This document shows, piece by piece, positions 34,236 to 44,977 of a stretch of 64,000 bases of DNA. Below the pieces are notes generated by a model. It did no database searches and was not told where the DNA came from. It worked only from the letters and a program-made list of their open reading frames with translations. Position 1 is the first letter of the stretch, and every line of letters starts with the position of its first letter. This DNA comes from Blastocatellia bacterium (GTDB lineage: Bacteria > Acidobacteriota > Blastocatellia > UBA7656). The position numbers were made by a program, and so were the translations under genes. The stretch lies in the NCBI GenBank assembly GCA_963765495.1, contig CAVXWP010000001.1, positions 608,001-672,000 on the forward strand, read 5' to 3'.

Positions 34236-35663
34236 ATGTTTCGCCGTACCCCTTTCCTCGTATTTCTGATACTGGCTGCCGTTTCCACAGGTTACGCGCA
34301 GCGCGATTATCCGGGCGGACCAAAGAAAGAGCCGCCTCCCAAGTCGACCGTCAAGCCGCGACCGACGAAGCCCCGTGGTTCAACAAGAGCCGCGATTCGA
34401 ACCAACGGCGTGCTTTTCGTGCTTACGAGCCCCGATTCGGCGCTTGTAAAAGTTAAGAATCAGCAGGGCCAACCCGTAGAAGAAGGAAAAGTCGTTGACG
34501 GCCAGTACAGAGTGGAGCTTCCGCCGGGCAGCTATAAGCTCGAAATATCTGCGGACAAATTTGAGCCCGTGACAAAGACCGCAACTGTCAGACAGGCCCA
34601 GTCAGGGGTTGTTCAGGTTGACCTTGTCCCGACAACCGGAAGTATCGTCATCGGGATGGGATCAATACCGGCCGATGCTACTATTCTGATAGACGGCAAA
34701 AAACCTGCCAGTATAACAAAGCAGGTCAACAACCAGATTCAGATTGATGATGTCGATGTCGGTTCCCATACTTTGCAGATAACTCATCCGAGTATCGTTG
34801 CCTATGAAGAGAAGGTGAATGTGCTTGGGGGTGAATCCAAATTTGTTACACCTGTGGCGAGGCAGGCCATTGCCAGATTACTGATAAAGAGCGAACCCGA
34901 AGCCCAGATTTATGTGGATGGAAGCCCGCAAGGGCGTGTGACCGAAAAAGGAGAGCTTACGATCTCTAACATCAAACCGGGCCGACATACGATCAGGGCT
35001 GAAAAGGAGGGTTATACCTCCGAAGAAAAAACCCAGGTGGTTGACGTAGGCGAGGTCTCTATGGTGATGAAGCTCAATCGCAGAGAATTTTCTCCGGAAT
35101 TTACGGATTACTTTGCGATTGCGGGCAACTCCGATGCCTGGGACACGGTCCGGGGATGGCAGGTGAAGCACGGTGAGTTGATCGTTAAAGGATCAGGAGT
35201 AGGACTGGTTCGCGACAGAATCTACAAAGATTTCAAGCTGGTCTTTGACATAAGTTTTGTCAACAGCAAGGGCGCGGTCTGGATAGTGCGCGCTCAGGAT
35301 AAACAGAACTATTACATGTTTCAGCTTTCGGGTCCGAACGGAACCAACCCGAAGACCTTTTCGAGCTATATCTGTCAAAATGGTCAGATCAAGCCGCTCA
35401 AACCGGCCGAAATCGTGGTTGATGACCTCAGCCGTCCAAACGACTCTTATACGATAACCATAGAAGCGAAAGGGTCCACGATAAAACACTTCATCCAGGT
35501 TAAAAGCGATCCGAAACCCGAAGGGCCTCAGGCGCTTTCGACGCTTTCCAACGACACGTTCTCTTATGGTCAGGTAGGGTTTGGCACAAAAGATGGCGAG
35601 GAGTTTATTGTAAAGTTCATCAACGTGACTCCGGAACAATCCACTACCGCTGATATGAGGTGA
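34236..35663 (+). CDS. Secreted PEGA/carboxypeptidase-regulatory-like repeat protein with C-terminal ConA/DUF1080-like domain
   Basis: Signal peptide; SEPEAQIYVDG...PGRHTIRAEKEGY PEGA pattern; beta-rich C-terminus; AAGGAGG RBS. Confidence 0.82.
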   Translation: MFRRTPFLVFLILAAVSTGYAQRDYPGGPKKEPPPKSTVKPRPTKPRGSTRAAIRTNGVLFVLTSPDSALVKVKNQQGQPVEEGKVVDGQYRVELPPGSYKLEISADKFEPVTKTATVRQAQSGVVQVDLVPTTGSIVIGMGSIPADATILIDGKKPASITKQVNNQIQIDDVDVGSHTLQITHPSIVAYEEKVNVLGGESKFVTPVARQAIARLLIKSEPEAQIYVDGSPQGRVTEKGELTISNIKPGRHTIRAEKEGYTSEEKTQVVDVGEVSMVMKLNRREFSPEFTDYFAIAGNSDAWDTVRGWQVKHGELIVKGSGVGLVRDRIYKDFKLVFDISFVNSKGAVWIVRAQDKQNYYMFQLSGPNGTNPKTFSSYICQNGQIKPLKPAEIVVDDLSRPNDSYTITIEAKGSTIKHFIQVKSDPKPEGPQALSTLSNDTFSYGQVGFGTKDGEEFIVKFINVTPEQSTTADMR

Positions 35664-35716
35664 TTCGACAACCCGAAACGGTTCTGGAACGAATCCTTAA
35701 ACCATCTTGATGGAGG

Positions 35717-35742
35717 GGGGCGGTTACGAATCGCCCCTTTTT
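35717..35742 (+). terminator. Intrinsic terminator after the PEGA gene
   Basis: GGGGCGGTT-ACG-AATCGCCCC followed by TTTTT. Confidence 0.7.
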
Positions 35743-35758
35743 CGTTGAGAGATGAGGG

Positions 35759-37714
35759 TCAATTCTTTTTGCGGGCTTCCTTCATCGTTTCTTGATAATT
35801 CTTGTTTTTGGGATCGAGATCGAGAGCCTCTTTGGCCTCTGCTTCGGCCCGTTCGTATTTTTTCAGGTGTAATAACAGGCGCGCAAACCCGTCGTGCCAC
35901 CTGGCCTGAAAGGGTTCAAGCTCCACGGCCCGCCGGAGTTCCGGCTCGGCCTCCTCCCATTTATCGAGTCGCGTGAGCGCCACCGCCAGATAATAACGGG
36001 CCTCGGCGCTCGTTGGGGCCAGGCGAACCGCCTCTCTGGCCGCATCTTCCGCCTCGGTGTATTTCCGCCTGTTGATTGACAACTGATTGGGTCTGTACCT
36101 GCTGATGCGTAATTGTAACGGAATGTCTTCCATAGGGCTTGTGCGCTGTATAAGAAAATTGGCCAGAACAATGTGCCATCGAGCATTTGCGGGTTCCAGT
36201 TTGATCGCATCCTTGAACATCGCTTCGGCTTCATCGTCTTTTTGCCGCCATACCTGTACCAACCCGAGCAGGTATCGCCACTCAGGATTGCCCGGCTCAA
36301 GCCTTACGGCTTCCTTGGCTTCCGTCGCTGCCTGATCGTACTTCTCCTGTTTGAATAGAGCGTAGGCCAGCTTATTGTGACCCGAAGCATCACCCGGGTG
36401 TAGCTTCACTGCCTGTTTGTATTGCTCTTCGGCTTTTCCCCATTGCTCGAGTCTCATAAACCCATCGCCCGCTTGAATTATTTGATCCGGCGAAAGAACA
36501 GCACCTCTTGTAGAAGAGATATTTTTTTCCTGCGCGTACTTCAGCCGCGCCTGATATGAAGGGTTTGCAGGCTGGAGTCTCACTGCCTCTGTGTAGGCCG
36601 CCTCGGCCTCGGCCCATTTCTGCCGACTCTCAAGGCACAATCCCAGATCGCTGTACCACTCGGCGTTTTCCGGGTCCAGTCGTATTGATTCTCGCAGAGA
36701 GGTTTCGGCCTCCACCCATTTGCTTTGGCCATCGAGGGCCTTCGCCAGACCAGCGTGCCAGTATGCGTTTCCCGGTTCGAGCCGCGCCGCCTCACGAAAC
36801 GAGCCTTCGGCCTCGGCCCACTTCTCTTCCTTCATCAGACACAACCCCAGATTGCTGTGGCGTTGAGCATTATTGGGTTCGAGCCGAGCCGCTTCCTTAA
36901 GCTCTATTTCAGAATCTCCCCACCTCTTCTGATAAAACAGGGCCATCCCCAGAAGCGCGTGCGCGGCACCGAAATCCGGCGTCAAATGCACCACCTCTCG
37001 AAATTCCGCTTCGGCTTCCTTCCATTTGCTCTCACCCATCAATCTGTTTCCGGTCTGGAGATGCCGGTCAGCATCGGCCACCGTAACCGTTCCTGTGGTA
37101 ACTTTGACCGGCGTAGTCGGAGGCGTTTCTTTCACCGCAAGTTTGGCCGTTACTCTGTCGAGCGCCTTTTGTATGGATGCCTGATCGCCGGGTTCTTTTG
37201 ATTCGAGCTTTAGACCTTCTTTATAAATCGCCTCGGCCTCTCCCCATTTTTGCTGACTTTCCAGTACCGCCCCCAGATCAATATGCCTTTGCGGATTTCC
37301 TTGATCCAGTTGCAGCGCCTTTTTATACTCGGCCTCGGCTTCATCCCACTTTTGCTGATTGCTCAATGCATCGGCAAGCCCCGCGTGCCATTCGGCTTCA
37401 TCAGGTTCTATACTCACCGCCCGCCGATACTGATCTTCGGCCTCGGCCCACTTGCGCTTCCCGATCAGTTCATCTCCCAGGGCGGCGAACTGATCGGCGG
37501 TCAATCTGGCTTTGGTTGATTTGCCGGTTCGCGAAGACCTCTTCTTTGGAGGATCAGATTTTGGCGTCGATGTGCTGCCACCCGGATATTTTCGCTGAAG
37601 ACTTGAGATAGAAGCGGCGCTGGCGACTAAAGGCCCCGCCGAAAATATCGCTCCGCCTGCCATCAACGCGGCAGGAAGAATATATGCGGCTAAACTCGAT
37701 AAATTCATCCTCAT
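35759..37714 (-). CDS. Secreted tetratricopeptide-repeat protein
   Basis: Signal peptide; many 34-aa repeats of the type KWxEAExxYREAxRLEPxNAxxHxxLG; AGGAGG RBS. Confidence 0.93.
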   Translation of the reverse strand: MRMNLSSLAAYILPAALMAGGAIFSAGPLVASAASISSLQRKYPGGSTSTPKSDPPKKRSSRTGKSTKARLTADQFAALGDELIGKRKWAEAEDQYRRAVSIEPDEAEWHAGLADALSNQQKWDEAEAEYKKALQLDQGNPQRHIDLGAVLESQQKWGEAEAIYKEGLKLESKEPGDQASIQKALDRVTAKLAVKETPPTTPVKVTTGTVTVADADRHLQTGNRLMGESKWKEAEAEFREVVHLTPDFGAAHALLGMALFYQKRWGDSEIELKEAARLEPNNAQRHSNLGLCLMKEEKWAEAEGSFREAARLEPGNAYWHAGLAKALDGQSKWVEAETSLRESIRLDPENAEWYSDLGLCLESRQKWAEAEAAYTEAVRLQPANPSYQARLKYAQEKNISSTRGAVLSPDQIIQAGDGFMRLEQWGKAEEQYKQAVKLHPGDASGHNKLAYALFKQEKYDQAATEAKEAVRLEPGNPEWRYLLGLVQVWRQKDDEAEAMFKDAIKLEPANARWHIVLANFLIQRTSPMEDIPLQLRISRYRPNQLSINRRKYTEAEDAAREAVRLAPTSAEARYYLAVALTRLDKWEEAEPELRRAVELEPFQARWHDGFARLLLHLKKYERAEAEAKEALDLDPKNKNYQETMKEARKKN

Positions 37715-38260
37715 AGAAAAATCCTCCTGAGGAAGCCGTACAATTTAGCCGGTAGCCTAACCCCTATAAAATCGTATGTCAAGCACATCGGATTTTGTGT
37801 AGTAATGCCTGTTGGACGGAAAAGTAATTTTTGTTATCCGGTTTCTAAAGGTTCGGATACGGAATAGTGGCAAGGTTAAAAAGAGCGACGAGTCATTGCT
37901 TTTCATTGGTGAGGGCAGGGGCTTGAATATTGACACTTAAGGTAAATGCATAGTATGCTCGGCCCGTATACGTTCAAATTGTTGAGAGCTTAAATCTCGA
38001 AGAGATGTAATTGATATGCTGGCAGCAGGAACGACCCCTTCTATGCACAAGCGACGATGTCCGTTGGAATGAATCCAATATTCTGATCTCAATTGATAGC
38101 CGGTATCTATGTGATTAAAGGAAATTCTTGCATGATTTTTGCGGTGCTTACCGTCATATAATTGGTGGTTAAGATTTACGGGAAGATTCAGTTGCAACTA
38201 GGTATCTATTTTCTTTCCCTGCGATTGAGGGAGGAAATCAACACTTCTGGAGGAGCAATC

Positions 38261-41200
38261 ATGACTCACATTGGCATCAGGGCATTTCGCATTCTTATGA
38301 TTTGCTGCGTAGTTTCCATTTATACGCCGATAGGCCTGTCGCAGGGACAGACCACGGGAGCTATCCAAGGACGCGTTTATGACATTGACAGTGGCGCAGG
38401 GGTTGCCGGTGCAACGGTCACGGTCAGGAATCAGGACCTGGGCCTTGAGCGCTCGACTGTCACGGGATCAGACGGGTCTTATACGCTTAATATCTTACCG
38501 CCGGGCGCTTATACAATCACTGCTACACATCCCCAATACGAGGCTGATAAAAGCTCGGAGCTATCGGAGGCCAGAAATTTCGCGGTTCGCCTTTCTACGA
38601 TAAATCAGGTTCAGCAAAGGCTGATAGGATTAAGAAAGATCGGTGCGGTCTCGCAAACTCCGGGCAATCCGACCACGCCCCCTACCACGCCCCCGACCGC
38701 ACAACCCGGCACGCAGCCGCAGACTCAGCCTGCGACACAGGGGGGGGAATCGCAAGGCGAGCAATTGACCAACACCGTGTCGCCGACAAGGATTGAGAAT
38801 TTTGATACCCGCCAATTAGTCTCTTTGCCTCTGGCTTCAACCCGGACATTTGATGATCTGGCTTTTCTGGCCGCCGGAGTAGCCCCTCCGCCACAGGCCA
38901 TAGGTCAGATAGTCGGGCCCGGCGTTGGCGCAGGCGTTGGCACATCGGGGCAGTTTTCGGTTAATGGAGCGCGCTCTCGCTCTAATAATTTTACGGTGGA
39001 CGGATCGGACAACAATGACCCGGATGTCGGTGTGCGTCGTCAGGGCTTTGTCACGCTTATTCCACAGCCGATAGAATCGGTGCAGGCGTTTGCGATTGCT
39101 ACCTTATTATGGGATGCCGAATTCGGGCGCAATCTCGGGTCGCAGGTCAATGCGGTGTCCAAGGGTGGCGGCAACGAGTTTCACGGGCAACTCTATGGAT
39201 TTTTCACCGATTCAAGCCTGAATGCGCGCAACTTTTTCGACTATACGGGCGGAGACTCGGGCGGCAAGAATCCATTTACGCGGACGCTTGCGGGCTTTGC
39301 CCTAGGAGGACCTGTCACCCCCAATAGCACGCAGTTTTTTGGCAGCTTCGAGCACGAAAATATAAACTCTTCAACCGAACAGCATTTTGCAACGCCGACC
39401 CTTGCCCAGCGTGGATTCGGTAACGCTCAGGCCATACTTGTGCCTCTTATAAACAACAACCTGGGAATAATTCCGGGGGGCGTCACTCCTTCCGGCAGCA
39501 ATGCATTTTCGTTTTACCCGCTTCCAAATAATCCAGGCGGACCTTATGGCGCAAACACCCTTTCAAGAGTACTGCCATCCGATGGGGATGGCGTAATCGC
39601 TTCGCTAAAGGTGTCTCGTCAGGTTACACCGGGCAGCACGCTCAACGTGCGATATAATTTTACGAATGATGAACGCATATTGCCCAGCGTCAATCGAGCC
39701 ATCAACTCGACAATAGAGGCCGACTCTCAAACTCAGAATCTATCGGTTACTCTTGATAGCTCTCTAAAAATAAACCTCTTCAATCAGGCGCGATTCTCCT
39801 TTGGCAGAACGCGGCTTGATTTCCTCCCCTATGCCAACACTCCATTTATCTTCGACAGCACATCTTCGGGGGTCATCGGCGTAGTTGATTCGGGTGGTAA
39901 CCTCATAGCTGTCCAGCCGTTTTCTTCAAGTACAGGGCCGCTCGGTCAGGTCACTATCGAACCCTTCAGCCCGGTCGGCGTTGACGTCTTCATCTTTCCA
40001 CAAAAGCGCGTAAACAACACTTTTCAGTTTGCCGACACCCTGGCCATGAACTGGAGGACGCATTCCTACAAATTCGGCGCTGATATTCGACGAATACAAT
40101 TCAACAGCTTGCAGGATCGGAATTACAGACCCAGTTTAGTCTTTGGCATCGGGACGTTTGCAAATGCCACTTTAACCAATCAGGGCCTTTTTGTTGATAG
40201 AACGCTTTTCGTCAGCCAGGGCGCAGACCTTGCGAGTCTCGGCCTTGCATCTTCGATTTTTCAGTCGATCACAGCAGGCGTGCCAAATTCCACTATCGGT
40301 TTGCGGGCTTTTGAGTACAACTTCTTTTTCAACGATAACTGGCGTATTCGGCCAAATTTTTCACTCGATTACGGGCTGCGCTATGAGTACAACACAGTGC
40401 CCTCGGAAGTAAATAATCGCATCGAGGATGCGATTACACTGAAGAATTTGCCGGTTCCGGGAAATTCCCGCTTTGACACACCCTCGCGCACAGCTGCTTT
40501 CAATAATGCGGTCAGCGCCTACAGGGCGGTTCTGGACGGACGCACAGGAATTTACGATCCGGACCGGAATAACTTTGCCCCCCACGTAGGATTTGCATGG
40601 GACCCCTGGCGAGATGGAAAGACCTCGATTCGCGCCGGTTACGGACTTTATTATGATGCGATCCTCGGAGCCGTGGTCAGCCAATCGCGCAACGTATTCC
40701 CAAACGAAATACCGTTTAATATCGACCCATCTTTTGCAGGGTTTGACATCCTGGGCAATCTGCTCAACCCCGCGTTTCTGGTTCTCAACGGAGATTCCAA
40801 CGCTCCGCTGATAAGGCCGGGAACGATTAATCAGTTTGGGCTTGCGCCTGAGGATTTCGTCGCAGGGATCGGTCAATTATTTGTCCAGAACAGTGCAGCC
40901 GGGCTTGCCTTTACTCTCCCGGAAAAACACCTTCGCACTCCCTATGCGCAGCAATGGCACCTGACGCTGGAAAGGGAAATACTGAGAGATTATTTACTGT
41001 CGGCGGGTTATGTGGGGACGAAGGGTACAAAACTCACACGGTTGACCACTCCGAATTTTGGCCCCAATGTAATCCCCTTCGCGGGGTTTGTAGATGCAAA
41101 TACCGCATTCCCTCTCTTCCTGTTTGGACAATCTCTCGCCCCCACTCGCCCGAATCAGAATCTTGGCGCGTATCAGATATTCGAAAATTCGGCTAACTCA

Positions 41201-41965
41201 AGTTATCACTCGCTGCAACTGGAAATGCGCAAGCGGTATACTCATGGGTATACGTTCACAGCAGCCTATACCTGGTCACACGCTATAGATGACGTATCGG
41301 ATGTCTTCCCAATTGCGGGTGCGCCGGTACTCCCGCAGGATTCGTTCAATCTGAACCTTGAGCGCGCGGATGCCAATTTTGATGCTCGCCATCGCTTTGT
41401 ATCTTCATTGATCTGGGATTTGCCTTTCTATCGCAATTCCACTGATGATGCCGCGCGCTGGCTTGGCGGCTGGCAACTGAGTTCGATTTTTCAGGTGCAT
41501 ACGGGTCAGCCGTTTACTTTGAACGTTCCATTCGACGCAAACTTCGACGGCAATTTAACAGACCGTCCCTCTACCACGCAGGGGCTCATATTCAATGATG
41601 ACCACGGGCCGCAACGGGTTCGACTCTCTGACGGTAGCTCGTTTCTCAACTTCATAAATACGACAGGTGGCGTATTTATCAATGGAAGGGGCTTTATAGA
41701 CGGCCTGATCAACCCGGGGACGGGCTTTGTGGGTCGCAACACGGTGCGCGGGGATACGTTTATCAACCTCGATATGGTCTTCAGCAAGAACTTCAAGTTC
41801 ACCGAAAGTCAAAACCTGGAATTTCGGACAGAGGTTTTCAACATCCTCAATCGCGCAAATTTTGGAATTCCGATTCGTGTGATAGGCGCTCCGGGATTCG
41901 GGTCTTCGGTTGATACGGTCAATCCGGCGCGAGTAATACAGTTTGCTCTCAAGTACAAGTTCTAG
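38261..41965 (+). CDS. TonB-dependent receptor, Oar-like, with N-terminal carboxypeptidase-regulatory-like domain
   Basis: Signal peptide; [32 protein letters not shown]-terminal QFALKYKF; GGAGG RBS. Confidence 0.95.
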   Translation: MTHIGIRAFRILMICCVVSIYTPIGLSQGQTTGAIQGRVYDIDSGAGVAGATVTVRNQDLGLERSTVTGSDGSYTLNILPPGAYTITATHPQYEADKSSELSEARNFAVRLSTINQVQQRLIGLRKIGAVSQTPGNPTTPPTTPPTAQPGTQPQTQPATQGGESQGEQLTNTVSPTRIENFDTRQLVSLPLASTRTFDDLAFLAAGVAPPPQAIGQIVGPGVGAGVGTSGQFSVNGARSRSNNFTVDGSDNNDPDVGVRRQGFVTLIPQPIESVQAFAIATLLWDAEFGRNLGSQVNAVSKGGGNEFHGQLYGFFTDSSLNARNFFDYTGGDSGGKNPFTRTLAGFALGGPVTPNSTQFFGSFEHENINSSTEQHFATPTLAQRGFGNAQAILVPLINNNLGIIPGGVTPSGSNAFSFYPLPNNPGGPYGANTLSRVLPSDGDGVIASLKVSRQVTPGSTLNVRYNFTNDERILPSVNRAINSTIEADSQTQNLSVTLDSSLKINLFNQARFSFGRTRLDFLPYANTPFIFDSTSSGVIGVVDSGGNLIAVQPFSSSTGPLGQVTIEPFSPVGVDVFIFPQKRVNNTFQFADTLAMNWRTHSYKFGADIRRIQFNSLQDRNYRPSLVFGIGTFANATLTNQGLFVDRTLFVSQGADLASLGLASSIFQSITAGVPNSTIGLRAFEYNFFFNDNWRIRPNFSLDYGLRYEYNTVPSEVNNRIEDAITLKNLPVPGNSRFDTPSRTAAFNNAVSAYRAVLDGRTGIYDPDRNNFAPHVGFAWDPWRDGKTSIRAGYGLYYDAILGAVVSQSRNVFPNEIPFNIDPSFAGFDILGNLLNPAFLVLNGDSNAPLIRPGTINQFGLAPEDFVAGIGQLFVQNSAAGLAFTLPEKHLRTPYAQQWHLTLEREILRDYLLSAGYVGTKGTKLTRLTTPNFGPNVIPFAGFVDANTAFPLFLFGQSLAPTRPNQNLGAYQIFENSANSSYHSLQLEMRKRYTHGYTFTAAYTWSHAIDDVSDVFPIAGAPVLPQDSFNLNLERADANFDARHRFVSSLIWDLPFYRNSTDDAARWLGGWQLSSIFQVHTGQPFTLNVPFDANFDGNLTDRPSTTQGLIFNDDHGPQRVRLSDGSSFLNFINTTGGVFINGRGFIDGLINPGTGFVGRNTVRGDTFINLDMVFSKNFKFTESQNLEFRTEVFNILNRANFGIPIRVIGAPGFGSSVDTVNPARVIQFALKYKF

Positions 41966-41973
41966 AGCGTCAG

Positions 41974-42028
41974 AAATTCTCACGGCTTGCAAACCGTAGT
42001 TGCAAATGGCGCAAGCCGTGGGAATTTT
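41974..42028 (+). terminator. Hairpin/terminator after the TonB-dependent receptor gene
   Basis: AAATTCTCACGGCTTGC ... GCAAGCCGTGGGAATTT long stem. Confidence 0.55.
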
Positions 42029-42122
42029 CAGAAATCCGGCAGTCTCGCCTTCTCTCAATCGACAACTTATGCCTCTGTTTGTCTGACAGCAGCCGTTGCC
42101 CTTTGACAAAGAGGGCTTGAAT

Positions 42123-42151
42123 TTGACTCTGCCCGATGCGTGTTGTAGGAT
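42123..42151 (+). promoter_or_regulatory. Sigma-70-type promoter for kinase paralogue 2
   Basis: TTGACT-17 bp-TAGGAT about 45 bp upstream of the ATG. Confidence 0.55.
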
Positions 42152-42194
42152 GACCCCCGATCAAAGCTCCGATTGTCAGAATTGGGAGCGTGCG

Positions 42195-44285
42195 ATGAAA
42201 CACTGCCCCGCTTGCGAAAAGCTTTACGATGACCATCTCTTATTCTGCCCGTTTGACGGTCAATCGCTGTTTGTCCAGTTAGAGCCGGATCATTTGATCG
42301 GCACAATTATCAGCAACAAATACAGAATCGAAGCCATCATTGATGAAGGCGGATTGAGCCACGTCTATAAAGCCACGCACATGCAGATGGATTACCCCGT
42401 AGCCATCAAGGTCCTCAACCCGGAACATACATCAAATGAAGTGCTTCTTGAATACTTTCGCCGAAAAGCACGCGCTGCGGCTCAGATTCAGCACCTCAAC
42501 GCCATCGCCGTTACAGACTTCGGGCTGGACGCGGGCGCGGGGCTGGCTTACATGGTCATGGAACTGCTCGAAGGCCGCAGTCTGAGGAAAAAACTTCGGG
42601 AAGAGGGCATGCTCGGTTACGAAGAGACATATCTCATCGTTGAACAGACCTGCCTGGCTTTGCATTACGCGCACGCGAGAGACATCATTCATTGCGATCT
42701 GAAACCGGAAAATATCTTCCTGCTCAAGTATCAGGACGGCTCGGAGCCGGTCAAGGTGCTCGATTTCGGAATCTACAGGCAACAGAGCGCCGCCGACCTC
42801 CTGGCTCTCACTCAGCATGGGCTCCTTGCCGGAACACCCGATTACATGTCGCCTGAGCTTGGGCGCGGCGAATCCATAGATGCCCGCTCCGATATTTACA
42901 GCCTCGGAGCTATCATCTACGAGATGCTGACGGGCTCTGTCGTGTTTGAAGCGCCTACGCCTGTAGCCGTCGTCGTCAAACACGCGAGCGACCCGCCCCG
43001 TCGCTTGCAGGAATTCCGGCCCGATATCCCTCCCCGTATAGAACAGATCGTGCTGCGCGCTCTCAGTAAGAGGCGGGAAGACCGTCAGGAAACGGTCGCG
43101 GAACTGGTTCACGAATTTGAGGAAGCGCTTTACACAAGCGGCATAGCGCCGAGGCGCACAGGCACAAAGGTGTTTCACTCTCCCTACCTTCCACCCTCCC
43201 CCGACACGCCGACAACCGCAGAGATAATCTCTGAGCCGGGCCGCCCGATCCCCACTCCCCAAAGCGAAGAGGTAGGCAGAACCGTCCCGCTCCAACACGC
43301 TCAATTCGACAGGTCTCAGTTTGATATATCTCAATCGCCCAAAGCTTCCGGCTACGATGATTCAAGTGCCTCGATGCACAGGTCTACGCCTGCGCCTGCC
43401 TATAGCTCACAACAAAGCGCGCCGCAGAAGTTCAACACCCCTTCATATGCTCCCGAATCTGCGCGCGCGCCCGATGAGACAGCGACGAGGCTTACGGCAG
43501 CGAAAAAGTATTTGATACCTGTCGGGGCCATAGCCGCGATAGCCCTTTTGATTCTGGCAGCGGTGCTTCTGAATAAAAAGGGTACGGATGAAGGAGCTTC
43601 GTCGGAAACAGGCCGTGAAAGCACAACCACAGGCGCGCCGCCCGGAATGGTGAAGATCAAAGGATACCAGTTGCGCGTAGGCGGAGGCGGTTCCGCGCCG
43701 CCACAAGTTGTAAAGGTCCCGGATTACTTTTTCGATATTCAGGAAGTAACAAACGAAGAATATCAGAAGTTTGTCAAAGAGACGAAACACACACCGCCTC
43801 CTGATTGGCGAAATGATCAGTTCAAATCGGGCGCTGCCCGTCTGCCCGTAGTCAATGTTTCGTGGGAAGACGCAAAGGCCTACGCCGAGTGGGCGGGTAA
43901 GCGACTGCCGACCGAGACCGAGTGGGAATTTGCTGCGCGCGGAGAAACTCAGCAGCGTTACCCCTGGGGTGATGACTGGTCTCCTGATAATGCTAACTTG
44001 AAGGAGAGCGGGATAGGAAAACCCGTGGCGGTTGGCTCTTACGCACAGGGCCGCAGCTGGTGCGGCGCGCGAGATTTGATAGGCAATGTGGCCGAGTGGG
44101 TTACAAGCGAAGGGCCTCTTTACCCTGGAACGGGAGTCCAAAGCGATCCGCGACTGAGGGTTTTTCGCGGCGGATCATACTTTCATTCTAAAGATGAAAA
44201 CCCGACAACGAATCGCTGGGTGGAATTTGCCACACGAAAGCTGCCTTATGTCGGCTTCCGTTGCGCAAAGGGCGTGCCCCGATGA
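42195..44285 (+). CDS. Ser/Thr kinase-FGE-sulfatase protein, paralogue 2, with degenerate kinase motifs
   Basis: Same architecture as 31986-33992 but with IDEGGLS, FRRK, HCDLKPEN; RLPTETEWEFAAR, GNVAEW, GFRC. Confidence 0.92.
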   Translation: MKHCPACEKLYDDHLLFCPFDGQSLFVQLEPDHLIGTIISNKYRIEAIIDEGGLSHVYKATHMQMDYPVAIKVLNPEHTSNEVLLEYFRRKARAAAQIQHLNAIAVTDFGLDAGAGLAYMVMELLEGRSLRKKLREEGMLGYEETYLIVEQTCLALHYAHARDIIHCDLKPENIFLLKYQDGSEPVKVLDFGIYRQQSAADLLALTQHGLLAGTPDYMSPELGRGESIDARSDIYSLGAIIYEMLTGSVVFEAPTPVAVVVKHASDPPRRLQEFRPDIPPRIEQIVLRALSKRREDRQETVAELVHEFEEALYTSGIAPRRTGTKVFHSPYLPPSPDTPTTAEIISEPGRPIPTPQSEEVGRTVPLQHAQFDRSQFDISQSPKASGYDDSSASMHRSTPAPAYSSQQSAPQKFNTPSYAPESARAPDETATRLTAAKKYLIPVGAIAAIALLILAAVLLNKKGTDEGASSETGRESTTTGAPPGMVKIKGYQLRVGGGGSAPPQVVKVPDYFFDIQEVTNEEYQKFVKETKHTPPPDWRNDQFKSGAARLPVVNVSWEDAKAYAEWAGKRLPTETEWEFAARGETQQRYPWGDDWSPDNANLKESGIGKPVAVGSYAQGRSWCGARDLIGNVAEWVTSEGPLYPGTGVQSDPRLRVFRGGSYFHSKDENPTTNRWVEFATRKLPYVGFRCAKGVPR

Positions 44286-44369
44286 CAGCATCGCGCTCCG
44301 CGATGCTGTATCTCGAATCTCAAATTTCAGATCTCAGGTGTGTAATCAATCATCAATGAGAAAAAAGAG

Positions 44370-44451
44370 CGGAGGGGACAGGACTCGAACCTGCAAGGGC
44401 TTTCGCCCGGCGGTTTTCAAGACCGCTTCCTTACCATTAGGATACCCCTCC
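44370..44451 (-). tRNA. tRNA-Ser(TGA)
   Basis: GGAGGGG/CCCCTCC acceptor stem, GCGGT-CTTGAAA-ACCGC anticodon arm, long variable arm GGGCGAAAGCCC, GGTTCGAGTCC T-arm, discriminator G; CCA not encoded. Confidence 0.95.
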
Positions 44452-44469
44452 GTAAGGTGACAGCTGTAG

Positions 44470-44499
44470 AGTATAGGTGATGCCGGTCCGGCTTTTCAA
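44470..44499 (-). promoter_or_regulatory. Candidate sigma-70 promoter of the tRNA
   Basis: Minus strand TTGAAA-18 bp-TATACT just upstream of the tRNA 5' end. Confidence 0.5.
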
Positions 44500-44977
44500 G
44501 ATATGGATGTTTCTGAGAAAAATATCGACGCAAAAATGAGAGTAAAATAAAAATGAGGGTAAAATAATGAGGACAAAAAAATAACGGAAGAGTCCCTCGG
44601 GCGAGTTTCCCTTCCGTTTTCTGCGTCCCTTCAATGGTTGTGTCCCTCAACCAGAGAAGAAGAGGAGGTTATTTGACAGCCACAATCCAAATTCCCTCAT
44701 GGTTGCCGAGTTGCCCGCAATATATCAAACCCTGTCTCTCATAAAAACCCTGCTTACTCATAAAGCAAAAAAAAGTATCGGTTCGCGCAGGAACCGAACT
44801 TCGGTTCTCTGAAGAAAAGCCGGAAAATATGTCTCCGAGCCTAGGCCGGTTTAAATTCGTCGAAAAGGATTAATCATAGTGAACCGGGGGCTGCTTAAAC
44901 CTCTGTCTCGCCTGGATGTAGATATGATATGATGCGCCGAGCGTTTAGACCTCAGAGATTCAGGAGTGTAAGAAATC

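Noticed and set aside
37937-38197. 86-aa ORF in the AT-rich TPR-receptor spacer
   Set aside because: No RBS or motif and atypical composition; more likely a divergent regulatory region.
44290-44451. tRNA-Ser as the integration site of an island carrying the kinase cluster
   Set aside because: No integrase and no duplicated tRNA 3' end were found in the window.
44533-44585. A-rich imperfect tandem repeat AAAAATGAGRGTAAAAT
   Set aside because: Only two and a half low-complexity units upstream of the tRNA promoter; could be an UP-element-like tract.
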